DNA of 54,969 nt. Source: an uncultured bacterium (lineage in GTDB: Bacteria > Chloroflexota > Dehalococcoidia > Lucifugimonadales > UBA3495). Where the stretch lies: positions 1 to 54,969 of the forward strand of contig CAXEOX010000006.1 in the NCBI GenBank assembly GCA_963997925.1, written 5' to 3'. The notes beneath the pieces are model-generated. The model made no database searches. It had not been told where the DNA came from and saw only the letters and a program-made list of their open reading frames with translations. The position numbers and the translations under genes are program-made. Shown here piece after piece: positions 27,719 to 37,853 of the stretch; the first letter of the stretch is position 1, and every line of letters begins with the position of its first letter.

Positions 27719-28960
27719 ATGGAACCCCGAGCCCAATCATTGGTCCCTGAGCAGTTCGGACCCCTTCAAGGGGTCCGCATCATTTCCAGCGGGACCTATA
27801 TCGCCGAACCCTTCGCCGCGGCATTAGCCGCCCAGATGGGAGCGGAGGTCATCCAGATTGAGCGGCCTGGAGAGGGAGATATCTGGAGGTCGATCGGTCG
27901 AAAGATAACAGGGAATAACGGCTCCAGTGTAAACAGCGCCTGGGTTCAGGACCGGCGCAATGCCTTTAACGTCACCCTGGATATGGGCACCGCTGAAGGG
28001 AAAGATATGTCCCTAGGTTTGGTCTCTCAGGCAGATATCTGGATGGAGAGCTCTAAGCCAGGGACCTATAACGGTTGGGGTCTGGATGATAAAACTGTCC
28101 TCAACGCAAACGCCGCTATCGTCATCACTCATGTTTCAGGCTACGGCCAGGATGGACACCCTGACTACCTGGGCCGGGCATCATTCGACATGATTGGCCA
28201 GGCCTTCGGCGGCACGATGTATATGACCGGTTCTCCGGATCCTGATCCTCCGATGAGAGCTGCTCCTTTAACGGCACATTACATAACAGCTTATTGCTGT
28301 CTTTGGTCCTCCTTGGCAGCGTATATCTCTGCCCAACGCACCGGAGAAGGGCAGGTCATCGACCTGTCCCAATTTGAGGCCGTCCACCAAACCCTGGCAG
28401 GCGCCATGGTGAGTTGGTTTGAAGAGGGTGACGTACGGGAACGGTCAGGCAATATAGGAGCTACCGTTCAGCCGTTCGACGCCTTCTCAGCTAAGGATGG
28501 CCTGGTTACCATCATAGCCATAGGACCGATGTACAATCGCGTATGCCGCGTCCCGGGTCTTGACCCGGCAGATGATAAATGGCGTGAGGCAGTAGATCGC
28601 GACTCCATCCCCGGGATAGAATTCGACGCTATCCTGCGCGGCTGGGTAGAGGAGCGCACGGTTCAAGAGGTCGTGGAGGCGATGAATGCCGTTCAAGTGG
28701 CCTGTTCGGCCATCATGTCTTCCAAGGACATGGCCGAGGATCCCCATTATCAGGCACGCAATGTCCACGTTGAGTGGGAGGACGAGCAACTGGGGAGAAA
28801 GGTCAAAGGAGTCGGTATGACGCCCAAGTTCTCGCGGACCCCCGGTCAGATATGGAGGGTGTCGGTCCCTCTGGGCCATGACAATGAACTCGTCTACGGT
28901 CATTTTCTTGGCCTGGACTCCTCAGGCGTGGACCGATTGAGGGAACAAGGGGTTATCTAG
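27719..28960 (+). CDS. CaiB/BaiF family III CoA-transferase (possibly degenerate)
   Basis: GPLQGVRII, IAEPF, GAEVIQIERP, VSGYGQDG, GEGQVIDLS. Confidence 0.85.
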   Translation: MEPRAQSLVPEQFGPLQGVRIISSGTYIAEPFAAALAAQMGAEVIQIERPGEGDIWRSIGRKITGNNGSSVNSAWVQDRRNAFNVTLDMGTAEGKDMSLGLVSQADIWMESSKPGTYNGWGLDDKTVLNANAAIVITHVSGYGQDGHPDYLGRASFDMIGQAFGGTMYMTGSPDPDPPMRAAPLTAHYITAYCCLWSSLAAYISAQRTGEGQVIDLSQFEAVHQTLAGAMVSWFEEGDVRERSGNIGATVQPFDAFSAKDGLVTIIAIGPMYNRVCRVPGLDPADDKWREAVDRDSIPGIEFDAILRGWVEERTVQEVVEAMNAVQVACSAIMSSKDMAEDPHYQARNVHVEWEDEQLGRKVKGVGMTPKFSRTPGQIWRVSVPLGHDNELVYGHFLGLDSSGVDRLREQGVI

Positions 28961-28995
28961 GGGTACCGTTTGAAAGCCCGCCGGTGGACTATCCC

Positions 28996-29844
28996 CTACT
29001 TCTCCAGCCGCCTGCCGTGGAAGAGGTACTGCTGGGCGTAGCCGCAGTACTGACCGAAGTAGCCTTGGGCCCACTCCAGCAGAACCCGGTCCGGGGGTGG
29101 CTTCTCGCCGGGGAAGTACCAATCTCCTAAAGCTCTCCGCACCCAGACATCTATGGGGAACGCCTCCAGCTTGTCCAGGGAGAAGACGGCGATGCAATCG
29201 GCAATCTTCGGCCCAATTCCTTTGCACTCCATCAACTTTGCCTTGGCGTCTTCATAGGGCAGGTCTACCAAAACGTCCAGGTTAAGACGGCCTTCGGCGA
29301 CCAGTTGAGCAGCTTGGTCGACATAAGGCGCTCTGAAGCCTAAACCCAGATGGCGCAATCCCATCTCCCCGGCACCGGCCAGTTGCTCCGGGTTTGGGAA
29401 GGCGTGACGGACTGATCCGTCCATATATATGGGGCTTCCATAGCTTGCCGCCATCTTCTCCATGCCCTGATGGATCCGGGGGATGTTGGAGTTGGCGGAG
29501 GTGATAAACGCGATGAAACATTCCCAGGGCTCTTGGCGCAGTATTCTCAAGCCGGGGTAACGGTCCACCATGGTGGCGACCCGGTCGTCTCTGGTTATTT
29601 CGGAGTAGACGTCGTCCAGGTCGTCGTCCATCCTGAAATAGCTGCGCATCAGGGGCAGTATCGATTCTTCCGAATTGGGTGCGCAGTGGTACTCGATATA
29701 TTTGTCCGTCTGGCGAATCTTGATGTAGTTGCCTTGGACGACACTGGTGTGCCATCCATCCTCCCGCTTCCAACGGTGGGCTTGTCCGCTTTCCAGACTG
29801 GCTACCATGTCCAACGGTTGTTCAGGAACGAGTTGCACGGTCAC
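28996..29844 (-). CDS. 8-oxoguanine DNA glycosylase (Ogg1-type HhH-GPD)
   Basis: LESGQAHRW, GLRILRQEPWE, SANSNIPRI, GIGPKIADC, AFPIDVW, GYAQQYLF. Confidence 0.88.
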   Translation of the reverse strand: MTVQLVPEQPLDMVASLESGQAHRWKREDGWHTSVVQGNYIKIRQTDKYIEYHCAPNSEESILPLMRSYFRMDDDLDDVYSEITRDDRVATMVDRYPGLRILRQEPWECFIAFITSANSNIPRIHQGMEKMAASYGSPIYMDGSVRHAFPNPEQLAGAGEMGLRHLGLGFRAPYVDQAAQLVAEGRLNLDVLVDLPYEDAKAKLMECKGIGPKIADCIAVFSLDKLEAFPIDVWVRRALGDWYFPGEKPPPDRVLLEWAQGYFGQYCGYAQQYLFHGRRLEK

Positions 29845-32659
29845 CTCCCAACCAGTGGGCAGCTAACGTGCCCACCGTCCCCAGAGTGCTAGGTAGCTGG
29901 GTACATTCAGGTATCGACTGGAGGAATGACTTTCCATAGGAACGCCCGGTTATCCTCCGGTCCAACACCACTATGGTTCCCCGGTCTTCCTTGCTGCGGA
30001 TCAGCCGGCCTATCCCCTGGCGGAATTTCAACACCGCCTGAGGGATGGAATATTCCTTAAAAGCGTCCTCGTATTGGTCCGACCGGGATTTAACTATGGG
30101 ATCGGTCGGCACCTGGAATGGAAGCCGGGTCAGTACCAAGGCTTTGACCGCCCCGTTGGGCATGTCCACGCCTTCCCAGAAGCTGCTGGCTCCCAACAAA
30201 AGGTTGTTCGGGTTCTCGGCGAACCGGGTCATAAGCTGGGGGGCGGAGCCGTCGATACTCTGGGCCATCACTCCGATGTCGTGGGCCTGAAGGGCTTCAC
30301 GCACCCTCTGGCTCACGCCCCGCAAGGATGAGTAGGCGGTAAACAGGGCCATCGTATGGCCACCCAGGGACCGGGAAAGATCGACCAGAACCTTGGATAT
30401 GGCCTGCAAGTAACCTTCGGCATTGGGTTGGGGCATATCCTCCGGTACCAGCAAAAGAGCCGCTTTCTCGTAGTCGAAGGGCGAGCCGACGAGGAGTTCA
30501 TCGCTGTCTTGGGGAACACCGGACCGCCGCCGCAGGTAGTTGAAGTTGCCGTCGGTGCTGAGAGTAGCGCTGGTCATTACCACACTCTCTTTCTTGCCGA
30601 AAAGCTGGTCTTCCAACGTTGGGGCAACGTCCAAGGGAGCGGCGTGGAAGCTAATCTCGCTTTTGCCCTGACCTCTGCCTATCCAAAGAATCAGGTCATC
30701 GTTGGGCGGGCCAAGTATCGACGTCAACCGTTCTCGCAATTGGTCTAGGTTATCATACGTCGCTCCGGCCTCCATCACCATGGAGGGCTGGTCCGATGCG
30801 CCGGGAAGTTCGGTTGTGTCCAAGAAACGGTGCAATCTGGAAACTGCCTGGACGGTCTGTTGCAAGCCCACGTCCAGGTTCTCCCAGGCTAGGGAAAGAT
30901 CTTCCCAAATCTGGGTGGAGCGATCTTCTGAGCTAAGCAAAACGGGGGCTTGGTCGTCGGAATTGTGACGCCGCTGCTCTATGAAATATCTTTCGCCCGA
31001 CGCCCACAGGCGGGCCCAGAGTTCCCGCAAACGAGGCGGCTTTTGTTCCACTTCGGATGCTACTTTTTCCCCTTCCGACCGCACCGCCGGCGCCAGTCCT
31101 TCGGCCCGCAGAGCCGCCCGCATCTCCAGCGTCAACCTGCTCAGGTTTTCCACTGTCTCTTCCAGATTGTCCGAGGCAATCTCAAAGGCCAACTGGCTGG
31201 TGGCTTGGTCTTCCAGGTTGTGAGCTTCGTCGATAATCAGGTGCTGGTAATCGGGAATCAGGCTTCCGCCCCGAACCAAGTCGGACATCAAGAGAGCATG
31301 GTTCACCACGATGATATGAGCTTGTTCGGCCCGCTCTCTTGCGCTCCTCAAGAAGCAAGTGCTACCGTCTCGCAGTCCGGGACACCAACCTTTGTCTCCG
31401 GCTGAAACCTTGTTCCAAGTGAAAGCGTCTCTACCGGAAAGGTTAATCTCGCTGCGGTCCCCGGTAAGAGTGCTCTGAAGCCACACACCAGTCTTACCAA
31501 GGAGCCTGGCGTCGTCGACGCTGGGGTTATCGCTCCGAGCCAGGTAGTTCCAGCGTTTCAGGCACAGGTAGTTGGCGCGGCCTTTCAACGAAGCTGCTTG
31601 GACCACTCCCTCGTCAACCAGCCCAGCCCCTTCCAATATCTTGACCACTGCGGGGATGTCCTTCATGAGCAGTTGCTCTTGCAGGTTGATGGTGTTGGTG
31701 GAAACCACCACCCGGCCGCCGTGGGCCACCGCATAGAGGATCGCGGGGAGGAGGTAGGCCATCGACTTGCCGACACCGGTGCCGCCTTCCACCACTAGGT
31801 GGCGGCCTTGGTAGATAGCCTTGGTGACGCTGGCAAGCATCTCTTCCTGTTCCGGACGGTGCTCAAACCCGGAGAAGGCTTGGGCGAAGGGACCCTTAGG
31901 ACCCAGGAATTCGACGATTCGATTCTCGTCCATACCGCTGAGCCTACTGTCGGCTTGACGCTTCTCGGGGCGGCCCAAGCGGTTGGCTATTGCCTCAAGG
32001 TCCAGACCGGTCATCCCCACGGATGATGGCGTGGTCGATGAGATATCGTTATCCAGCCCCATCAAAAGGGGAGCGATGGACCACCGGCTGCGGGTGGCAA
32101 GGCCGACGATGTAGGACACAAGTCCGGGATCCATCTCGGCGGCCCGGCGTAGCAAGGCGACAAAAACGCCCTGGGTGGCTTTGGCGTCGTCCAAGGCCCG
32201 GTGGGGCTTGATGTGGGAGACGTTCAGATGGGTGGTGAGAAACCCCAGGGAGTACTGCATCGTGTTGGGGAGCAACATGGACGCCAGGTCCCAGGTGTCG
32301 TACGTGGGATTGTTGATGCTCAACCCGTGGGAAGCGAGGAATCTCAGGTCGAAACCGATGTTGTGGCCCACTACCGGGTGTTCGCCTACAAACTCCTCCA
32401 CCTCAGCGGCGATGGCGCCGAAGAAGGGGGCGCGGGCAACCTGGCTGGGAGAGATGTTGGTCAGGCGCTGGATGAACTCGGGGATGTTCCGGCCCGGATT
32501 GACGAAGGTCTGGAAGGTGTCGATTATCTCTTCGCCCTGGAACTTGACTGCGCCGACCTCAATGATGGTGTCTCGGTTCTCGTCCAAGCCGGTGGTTTCC
32601 AGATCCAGCGCGACGCAGATCTGCTCAAAAGGTGAAGTAGTCTGAGAAAGTAATGACAT
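29822..32659 (-). CDS. dinG: DinG-family helicase with N-terminal DnaQ-like exonuclease
   Basis: DLETTG, HRALDDA, EGGTGVGKS, DEAH, FWEGVD, QGIGRLIR. Confidence 0.9.
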   Translation of the reverse strand: MSLLSQTTSPFEQICVALDLETTGLDENRDTIIEVGAVKFQGEEIIDTFQTFVNPGRNIPEFIQRLTNISPSQVARAPFFGAIAAEVEEFVGEHPVVGHNIGFDLRFLASHGLSINNPTYDTWDLASMLLPNTMQYSLGFLTTHLNVSHIKPHRALDDAKATQGVFVALLRRAAEMDPGLVSYIVGLATRSRWSIAPLLMGLDNDISSTTPSSVGMTGLDLEAIANRLGRPEKRQADSRLSGMDENRIVEFLGPKGPFAQAFSGFEHRPEQEEMLASVTKAIYQGRHLVVEGGTGVGKSMAYLLPAILYAVAHGGRVVVSTNTINLQEQLLMKDIPAVVKILEGAGLVDEGVVQAASLKGRANYLCLKRWNYLARSDNPSVDDARLLGKTGVWLQSTLTGDRSEINLSGRDAFTWNKVSAGDKGWCPGLRDGSTCFLRSARERAEQAHIIVVNHALLMSDLVRGGSLIPDYQHLIIDEAHNLEDQATSQLAFEIASDNLEETVENLSRLTLEMRAALRAEGLAPAVRSEGEKVASEVEQKPPRLRELWARLWASGERYFIEQRRHNSDDQAPVLLSSEDRSTQIWEDLSLAWENLDVGLQQTVQAVSRLHRFLDTTELPGASDQPSMVMEAGATYDNLDQLRERLTSILGPPNDDLILWIGRGQGKSEISFHAAPLDVAPTLEDQLFGKKESVVMTSATLSTDGNFNYLRRRSGVPQDSDELLVGSPFDYEKAALLLVPEDMPQPNAEGYLQAISKVLVDLSRSLGGHTMALFTAYSSLRGVSQRVREALQAHDIGVMAQSIDGSAPQLMTRFAENPNNLLLGASSFWEGVDMPNGAVKALVLTRLPFQVPTDPIVKSRSDQYEDAFKEYSIPQAVLKFRQGIGRLIRSKEDRGTIVVLDRRITGRSYGKSFLQSIPECTQLPSTLGTVGTLAAHWLGGDRATRS

Positions 32660-32790
32660 ATTTGCCGGTCCTCCCGGTCCCCCCTACATCGCGAGACGAA
32701 CTGTTCTTTGAGTTAGTCTCTCCCACCGAGTTAAAACCGCGGTACCCAAACCATGCGGTTCGCTGAGAAGGTGATTATCCCAGGTAAACC

Positions 32791-33486
32791 TTAAACCGTA
32801 TAGGGCCGAAGTTCTCCGGTGCGAAGCCCCACTGCGGGATGGAAGCTTCCGGCATGAAGCGCCGCCAGGAATTCCTCTTGGTTGTTGATTTCATCGCGGA
32901 ATGCCGTTACGAAGCGTCCGATGCCGTGAGTCGAATGGGCGTCGCTGCCCCCGGTTACGGGCATATTTAGAACCCCGGCCACCTTCATGGCAAAGTCGTT
33001 TTCCTCATCAGCGGTACCACCGTTGGCGACTTCCACGGCGTTAACCAGCTTGAATATCGGGTGGTTCATGGCGTCTTCCGGCTCCACAGGAAGCTCGTCG
33101 TTCACCGCTTTGTATAGCAACGGGCGGTTGAATGTGGGCCTACTGAAGACTGCTCTGAAGGGATGGGCCGTTACGATGAAGCCACCGGCGGCCTTGGCGG
33201 CCTTGCTCAGCGTCTCCACTTTGTGGAATCCAGGTTGGTATTCGTCCATCCCGAAGGCCAGCACGTGTCCCATGTCGGTTTCCACTTCCATCGCCCGGAT
33301 CAATACGACGTTGTGAAGGTCGGCGAATCGGCGGAATTCATGAAGATCCCAGGGGCCGCTGTGTTCGGTGAGGCATAGACCTCGCAGGCCCATACGGTCG
33401 GCTTCCAGAATCAGATCTTCGGGGGAAAGATTACTATCGCTGCTGCCCTTGGTGGTGTGGATATGAAGATCGAATAATCGAGCCAT
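32791..33486 (-). CDS. PHP-domain metallophosphoesterase
   Basis: DLHIHT, LTEH, AHPFR, GGSDAH. ATG 33486 chosen as start. Confidence 0.85.
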   Translation of the reverse strand: MARLFDLHIHTTKGSSDSNLSPEDLILEADRMGLRGLCLTEHSGPWDLHEFRRFADLHNVVLIRAMEVETDMGHVLAFGMDEYQPGFHKVETLSKAAKAAGGFIVTAHPFRAVFSRPTFNRPLLYKAVNDELPVEPEDAMNHPIFKLVNAVEVANGGTADEENDFAMKVAGVLNMPVTGGSDAHSTHGIGRFVTAFRDEINNQEEFLAALHAGSFHPAVGLRTGELRPYTV

Positions 33487-33504
33487 AATGCTTGGAAACT
33501 CTGG

Positions 33505-33642
33505 GCGATCAGCCGTCAACAATCAGCTATACCGGCTGGTCTCGCTGCCAGCTAAGTCTATCGGTGATGACGGTTATCGTCAATGGGCGGGAGTCTGTTT
33601 TTTGGACCGGCCCCTGACGGCTGATTGCTGACCGCTGATAGC
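33505..33642. repeat. Inverted arrays of 7-nt (C/G)nnTCAG units
   Basis: CGATCAG-CCGTCAA-CAATCAG (33506-33526) faces CTGACGG-CTGATTG-CTGACCG-CTGATAG (33614-33641). Confidence 0.6.
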
Positions 33643-34121
33643 TATCGCGCCGCCGCTGCCAGATTGGGAAACTGTTCAAGTGGGAGGACTTCTCCGGTTT
33701 CTTCGAAATGGTTAATCAACTCTCGCATCTCATCTGGTACGGGCCAAGTGGCGCCGGTATCGGCGTGGTAGCCGACGTAGACGGACATGATGGTTGTCAG
33801 TAGGGTCTCCGAGTCCTGGGGGTATATCTCTATGTTCAAAATCAAGCTGGTGTTGCCGATGTGGGAGACGCGTACGTGTGTGTCCAGCATGTCGTCCACC
33901 CTAGCGGGGGCCTTGTACTCGATCTCTACTTTGACCACTGCGCTATCGAAGTAACCCTGTTGGGCGATCTTATAGATGCTGAAGCCCAGGTTTCTGAAGT
34001 ACTCAGCTTGGCCCACTTCCAGGTAGTCCATGTAAGCGCCGTTGAAGACGATGCCTTGGCGGTCGCACTCCATCCAGCGGACCCGCAGGGGTATTTGGAA
34101 TTTGAACTCTGATTTTGACAT
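33642..34121 (-). CDS. Acyl-CoA thioesterase (hotdog, YbgC/4HBT-like)
   Basis: RVRWMECDRQGIVFNGAY, IEYKAPAR.DD. Confidence 0.88.
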   Translation of the reverse strand: MSKSEFKFQIPLRVRWMECDRQGIVFNGAYMDYLEVGQAEYFRNLGFSIYKIAQQGYFDSAVVKVEIEYKAPARVDDMLDTHVRVSHIGNTSLILNIEIYPQDSETLLTTIMSVYVGYHADTGATWPVPDEMRELINHFEETGEVLPLEQFPNLAAAAR

Positions 34122-34128
34122 GGTTAGT

Positions 34129-34164
34129 CCCTCATCCCCGGCCCCTCTCCCTTAGGGAGACGGG
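34129..34164. repeat. CCCTCA..CCCTCTCCC..GGGAGA palindromic repeat
   Basis: CCCTCATCCCCGGCCCCTCTCCCTTAGGGAGACGGG. Confidence 0.5.
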
Positions 34165-34226
34165 TGCCTTCGCTGAGATTGTTGGCGGGGTGGGAGTTGT
34201 CTTTGGATGGGTAATGATTGGCATGG

Positions 34227-34991
34227 TTATTGGTTGGATGTTTCCGGTCTGGTGTAGCCTAGGGTGCTGAGGTACGTTAGGTCGGTTTTGTCTAACTCGG
34301 CGGTTTCTAGGAGGTCGGGCCGACGGTCTAGTGTGTGGCGGAGGGACTCCCGGCGGCGCCATTTGAGTATCTCGGCATGGTGGCCGGAGCGCAAAATGTC
34401 GGGAGCGGCCATCCCCCGAAATTCCGCTGGCCGGGTGTACAGGGGGTGTTGGAGCAGGCCGGAGGTGATGGAGTCTTCTTCTATATTCTCATGGGAGCCG
34501 ACGACACCGGGAATCAGCCGGGTTACGGAGTCGATCAGCACCATAGCCGGAATCTCTCCCCCGGTCAGCACGTAGTCGCCGATGCTGATTTCCCGATTGA
34601 CCAGATGACGGCGTACCCTTTCGTCTACACCGGCGTAGTGGCCGCAGATAATCATGATTTCCGGTAGCAAGGAAAGCTCTTGGGCGATGGCCTGGGTCAG
34701 GATTTCTCCCTGGGGCGACGTCATGATGATGGGAATAGTAGATCGTTCTTCGTCGGAATGGGAGGATAGAAGGTCATCCACCGCTTCGAAGATGAGGTCT
34801 GGCTTGAGGACCATGCCGGGACCGCCGCCGAACTGGTAGTCGTCGGCGGTGTGGTGAGGATCGTGAGCGTACGACCGGATGTCGGTAACCTGGATGGAAA
34901 CCAGCCCTCGTTGGGTGGCCAGGCCCACCATGCTGGATTCCAATGGTCCTTGGAAAACATCAGGAAAAAGAGTTAGGACTTTGAAAATCAT
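34227..34991 (-). CDS. trmD: tRNA (guanine37-N1)-methyltransferase
   Basis: LTLFP, GGGPGMVLK, SPQG, CGHYAGVDER, SIGDYVLTGGE, YTRP. Confidence 0.96.
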   Translation of the reverse strand: MIFKVLTLFPDVFQGPLESSMVGLATQRGLVSIQVTDIRSYAHDPHHTADDYQFGGGPGMVLKPDLIFEAVDDLLSSHSDEERSTIPIIMTSPQGEILTQAIAQELSLLPEIMIICGHYAGVDERVRRHLVNREISIGDYVLTGGEIPAMVLIDSVTRLIPGVVGSHENIEEDSITSGLLQHPLYTRPAEFRGMAAPDILRSGHHAEILKWRRRESLRHTLDRRPDLLETAELDKTDLTYLSTLGYTRPETSNQ

Positions 34992-35055
34992 GCCGTCATG
35001 ATACAGGAAGCCCTAACCCTGCTCCATTATCTTAGCGGTCTCGTGGCTATGCATC

Positions 35056-35154
35056 CGTCATTCCGGCGAAGGACGGAATCCAGAGATGCCTCGCTGCTAA
35101 AAGGCGCGGACCTTCCATCCCGCTAACTGGATTCCCGTCTGCACGGGAATGGCG
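35056..35154. repeat. dRS3/RPE-like palindromic repeat pair
   Basis: CGTCATTCCGGCGAAGGACGGAATCCAG ... CTGGATTCCCGTCTGCACGGGAATGGCG. Confidence 0.65.
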
Positions 35155-35295
35155 ATGGGGGTTAATGCTAAACCCTGTCATTCCGTCCCGCGCCGGGGTG
35201 ACGCGGTTATTCCCTGATGCGGGTTCCGAGTTTGCCGCTAGTGCAAAGCGGCCCAGTATGCGCGTCCACGGGAACATAGCTGAACCGCTCAGCGA

Positions 35296-36555
35296 TTAGC
35301 CTACCGGTTGGGGTGAACCCGTTGCTGCCGGTAGCTTGTCGACGAAGGCGTCTCCACCCTTCATCACCATCTTTATCTTGTCCCGGTTCCGCAATATGGA
35401 GATGTCTTTCGAGGGATCTCCTTCCAGCACAAGCAGGTCCGCGAACTTGCCCGATTCCAGCGTTCCGATGTCTTTCTGCAAACCGGCGCACTCGGCGGCT
35501 AGGCCGGTGGCGGCCTGGATGGCTTGCATGCCGGTCATGCCCCGTTCAACTAGAATCTCAACTTCACGGGCGTTGTCTCCGTGAACGAATCCCCCGGCGT
35601 CGGTGCCAGCGACCACCCGGACCCCGGCCTCCATGGCCTTGTGCAGGCTCTCCCGGTGTACATCCATCAGGGCCAAGGACCTTGCGATCATATGCGGCGC
35701 GCTGACGGTTCCGTGAAATTCGTATACTTCGAAGGTGGGGACGAAGAAGGTCCCTTGGTCTGCCATCATCTTTAACAGATCTGGGTCATCGGCCAGGTAG
35801 CAACCGTGCTCGATGGAGCCAGCTCCGGCTTCGATGGCCATTCGTAGTCCGGGTCCGCCCACGGCGTGACACATGGTGGCGCGGCCCAATGCCGTTGACT
35901 CTTCGATAAGGGCCTTGACTTCGTCATTGCCAAATTCAATGTCCATGGTGCCGTGGCCGGGGCGGGAACTGGCCCCGCCGGTGGTGGCGAACTTTATCTG
36001 GTCAGCCCCAACCCTGGCCATCTCCCGCACCTTGGCCCGGACGCCGTCGGGGCCGTCGGCCACTCCCACGGGAATCAGGGCGTCCACGTGGAATGGATTG
36101 CAGTGTCCGGAGGGACTGGGCTTGTCGGCCAGGCCGCCGGTGGGGGAAAGTATCCCCACCGTCAGAACCAAGCGGGGTCCGGGTATCAGTCCTTCTTCAA
36201 CCGCTTGTTTGAATCCGACATCCAAGCCGCCGGCTTCCCGGACGCAGGTGTATCCGGCGAGCAACGTTTCTTCCAGGGATTTGGCCGTTCGCAGATAGCC
36301 GAGGGACGTAGGCTCGGTGAGACCCCAGCGGCTGGCCATATCGTAGCTTTTGGAAGCCAGGTGGTCGTGGCAGTCGATGAGTCCGGGCATGATGGTCAGC
36401 CCGGTTACGTCTATAACCTCGGTTCCCTCCGGCCATGTGGCGGCGGCACGGGGTCCGGCGGATACGATTCTTTCGCCGTCGATCAGCACCGCTGCGTCAT
36501 TAACAACCGGCCCGCCCTTACCGTCGATCAGATTGGCTCCGATTAATATCTTCAT
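35296..36555 (-). CDS. Metal-dependent amidohydrolase (Xaa-Pro dipeptidase-like)
   Basis: PGLIDCHDH, KFATTGG, MCHA, IEHG, AGTDAG, GKFADL. Confidence 0.88.
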   Translation of the reverse strand: MKILIGANLIDGKGGPVVNDAAVLIDGERIVSAGPRAAATWPEGTEVIDVTGLTIMPGLIDCHDHLASKSYDMASRWGLTEPTSLGYLRTAKSLEETLLAGYTCVREAGGLDVGFKQAVEEGLIPGPRLVLTVGILSPTGGLADKPSPSGHCNPFHVDALIPVGVADGPDGVRAKVREMARVGADQIKFATTGGASSRPGHGTMDIEFGNDEVKALIEESTALGRATMCHAVGGPGLRMAIEAGAGSIEHGCYLADDPDLLKMMADQGTFFVPTFEVYEFHGTVSAPHMIARSLALMDVHRESLHKAMEAGVRVVAGTDAGGFVHGDNAREVEILVERGMTGMQAIQAATGLAAECAGLQKDIGTLESGKFADLLVLEGDPSKDISILRNRDKIKMVMKGGDAFVDKLPAATGSPQPVG

Positions 36556-36830
36556 ATAGTTCCTCCATAGGCGGTCGAGCGAATCACGTTTCGCTAGCTT
36601 CGCCGGTTTCCGTGATGCTAAAAGACCCTGTCACCCCTGTCAAGAGATTTGCGGAGGTGGTTATCGGAATCTGCCTGATGGGCGAATGTTCGCTGTTCGG
36701 GCTTTTCGTCAAACCGGGTGTTTTGCGGCTAGCTAACGTAGAGTGGCGATTGGGTATAATCCAGAGTAGGGTAGATGTGGGTATGGGGCGGCGGCCTTCG
36801 TGCCCACCTCAAGCCACTTGGGGATATGGA

Positions 36831-37853
36831 ATGAAAATGCCTCACTTATCCCGTCTCATCGGGTCGATCTCAGCCTCATTAATGCTGGTTATGGGACTTG
36901 CTTGCTTCTCCTCTTCTTCCAACGCGATTGTGTACGTATCTTCGGTCGATGGAGACACGGAAGTGCTTCTGCTTGACGCGAAATCCGGTGAAAGCGTCTC
37001 TTTGACCAACAACGGCAGCGCCGATTATGGCCCCCGGTTGTCTCCAGATGGAAAGCAGATAGCGTTTCTGTCCGACGAATCCGGAGACTTGGAAATCAAT
37101 GTGGTGGACCGGAAGGCCGAAACATTGATCCGGTTGACTCACGAAGAGGGCGATGACCTTTCACCCAGGTGGTCGCCCGATGGCGAGCGGCTGGCCTTCA
37201 TATCCCATCGTGACGGCCAACCAGAGGTGTATCTGATGAACGCCGATGGGAGCAGTCCCACTCGTATCACATCCAACTCCAGCGAGGAATTCCTGGGAGA
37301 TTGGTCCCCGGACGGTGTGTGGCTGGTCTTCAATGTTTTGGGCGGCGAGGAAGAACGGGGTCTTTGGGTGCGCAACCCTGACGGTGTGAACCTGGTCCGT
37401 TTGACGACTGGTCTTGATTATTCGCCCCTCTTTTCCCCCGACGGTCAACGCATCGTTTTCGTTCGGGGAGAGGGTGGCGAGGAAGAGATTTACACCCTTA
37501 GTAAGCTGAAGAGAAGGACCTGGCAAGATGAACCCGAGTTGACTCGTTTGACCCAGAACGACGTTTCGGACCGGACGGCTTCTTGGTCTCCCGACAGCAA
37601 GTCCATCGTCTTCGTTTCCTCCCGGGATGGTAATTCCGAGGTTTACACCATGCGCGGCGATGGGTCCAAGCAGGTCCGGTTGACCAATAATGAGGTGGAA
37701 GACCTGACGCCGGTCTGGTCCCGGGACGGCAAACGTATCGCTTTTGTATCCCATCTATACGGAGAAGGAGAAATCTTCGTGATGGGATCCGATGGAATCA
37801 ATCAACTGCGCCTGACCAATAACAGTTCCGAAGACCAGTCTCCCAACTGGTAG
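36831..37853 (+). CDS. TolB-like PD40 beta-propeller lipoprotein
   Basis: Lipobox GLAC and about six repeats of P.WSPDG..IAF.S...G..EIY...RLT. Confidence 0.85.
   Translation: MKMPHLSRLIGSISASLMLVMGLACFSSSSNAIVYVSSVDGDTEVLLLDAKSGESVSLTNNGSADYGPRLSPDGKQIAFLSDESGDLEINVVDRKAETLIRLTHEEGDDLSPRWSPDGERLAFISHRDGQPEVYLMNADGSSPTRITSNSSEEFLGDWSPDGVWLVFNVLGGEEERGLWVRNPDGVNLVRLTTGLDYSPLFSPDGQRIVFVRGEGGEEEIYTLSKLKRRTWQDEPELTRLTQNDVSDRTASWSPDSKSIVFVSSRDGNSEVYTMRGDGSKQVRLTNNEVEDLTPVWSRDGKRIAFVSHLYGEGEIFVMGSDGINQLRLTNNSSEDQSPNW

Noticed and set aside
36831-37853. Repeats in the TolB-like gene as a CRISPR or DNA repeat array
   Set aside because: These are protein-level PD40 blade repeats with divergent codons.
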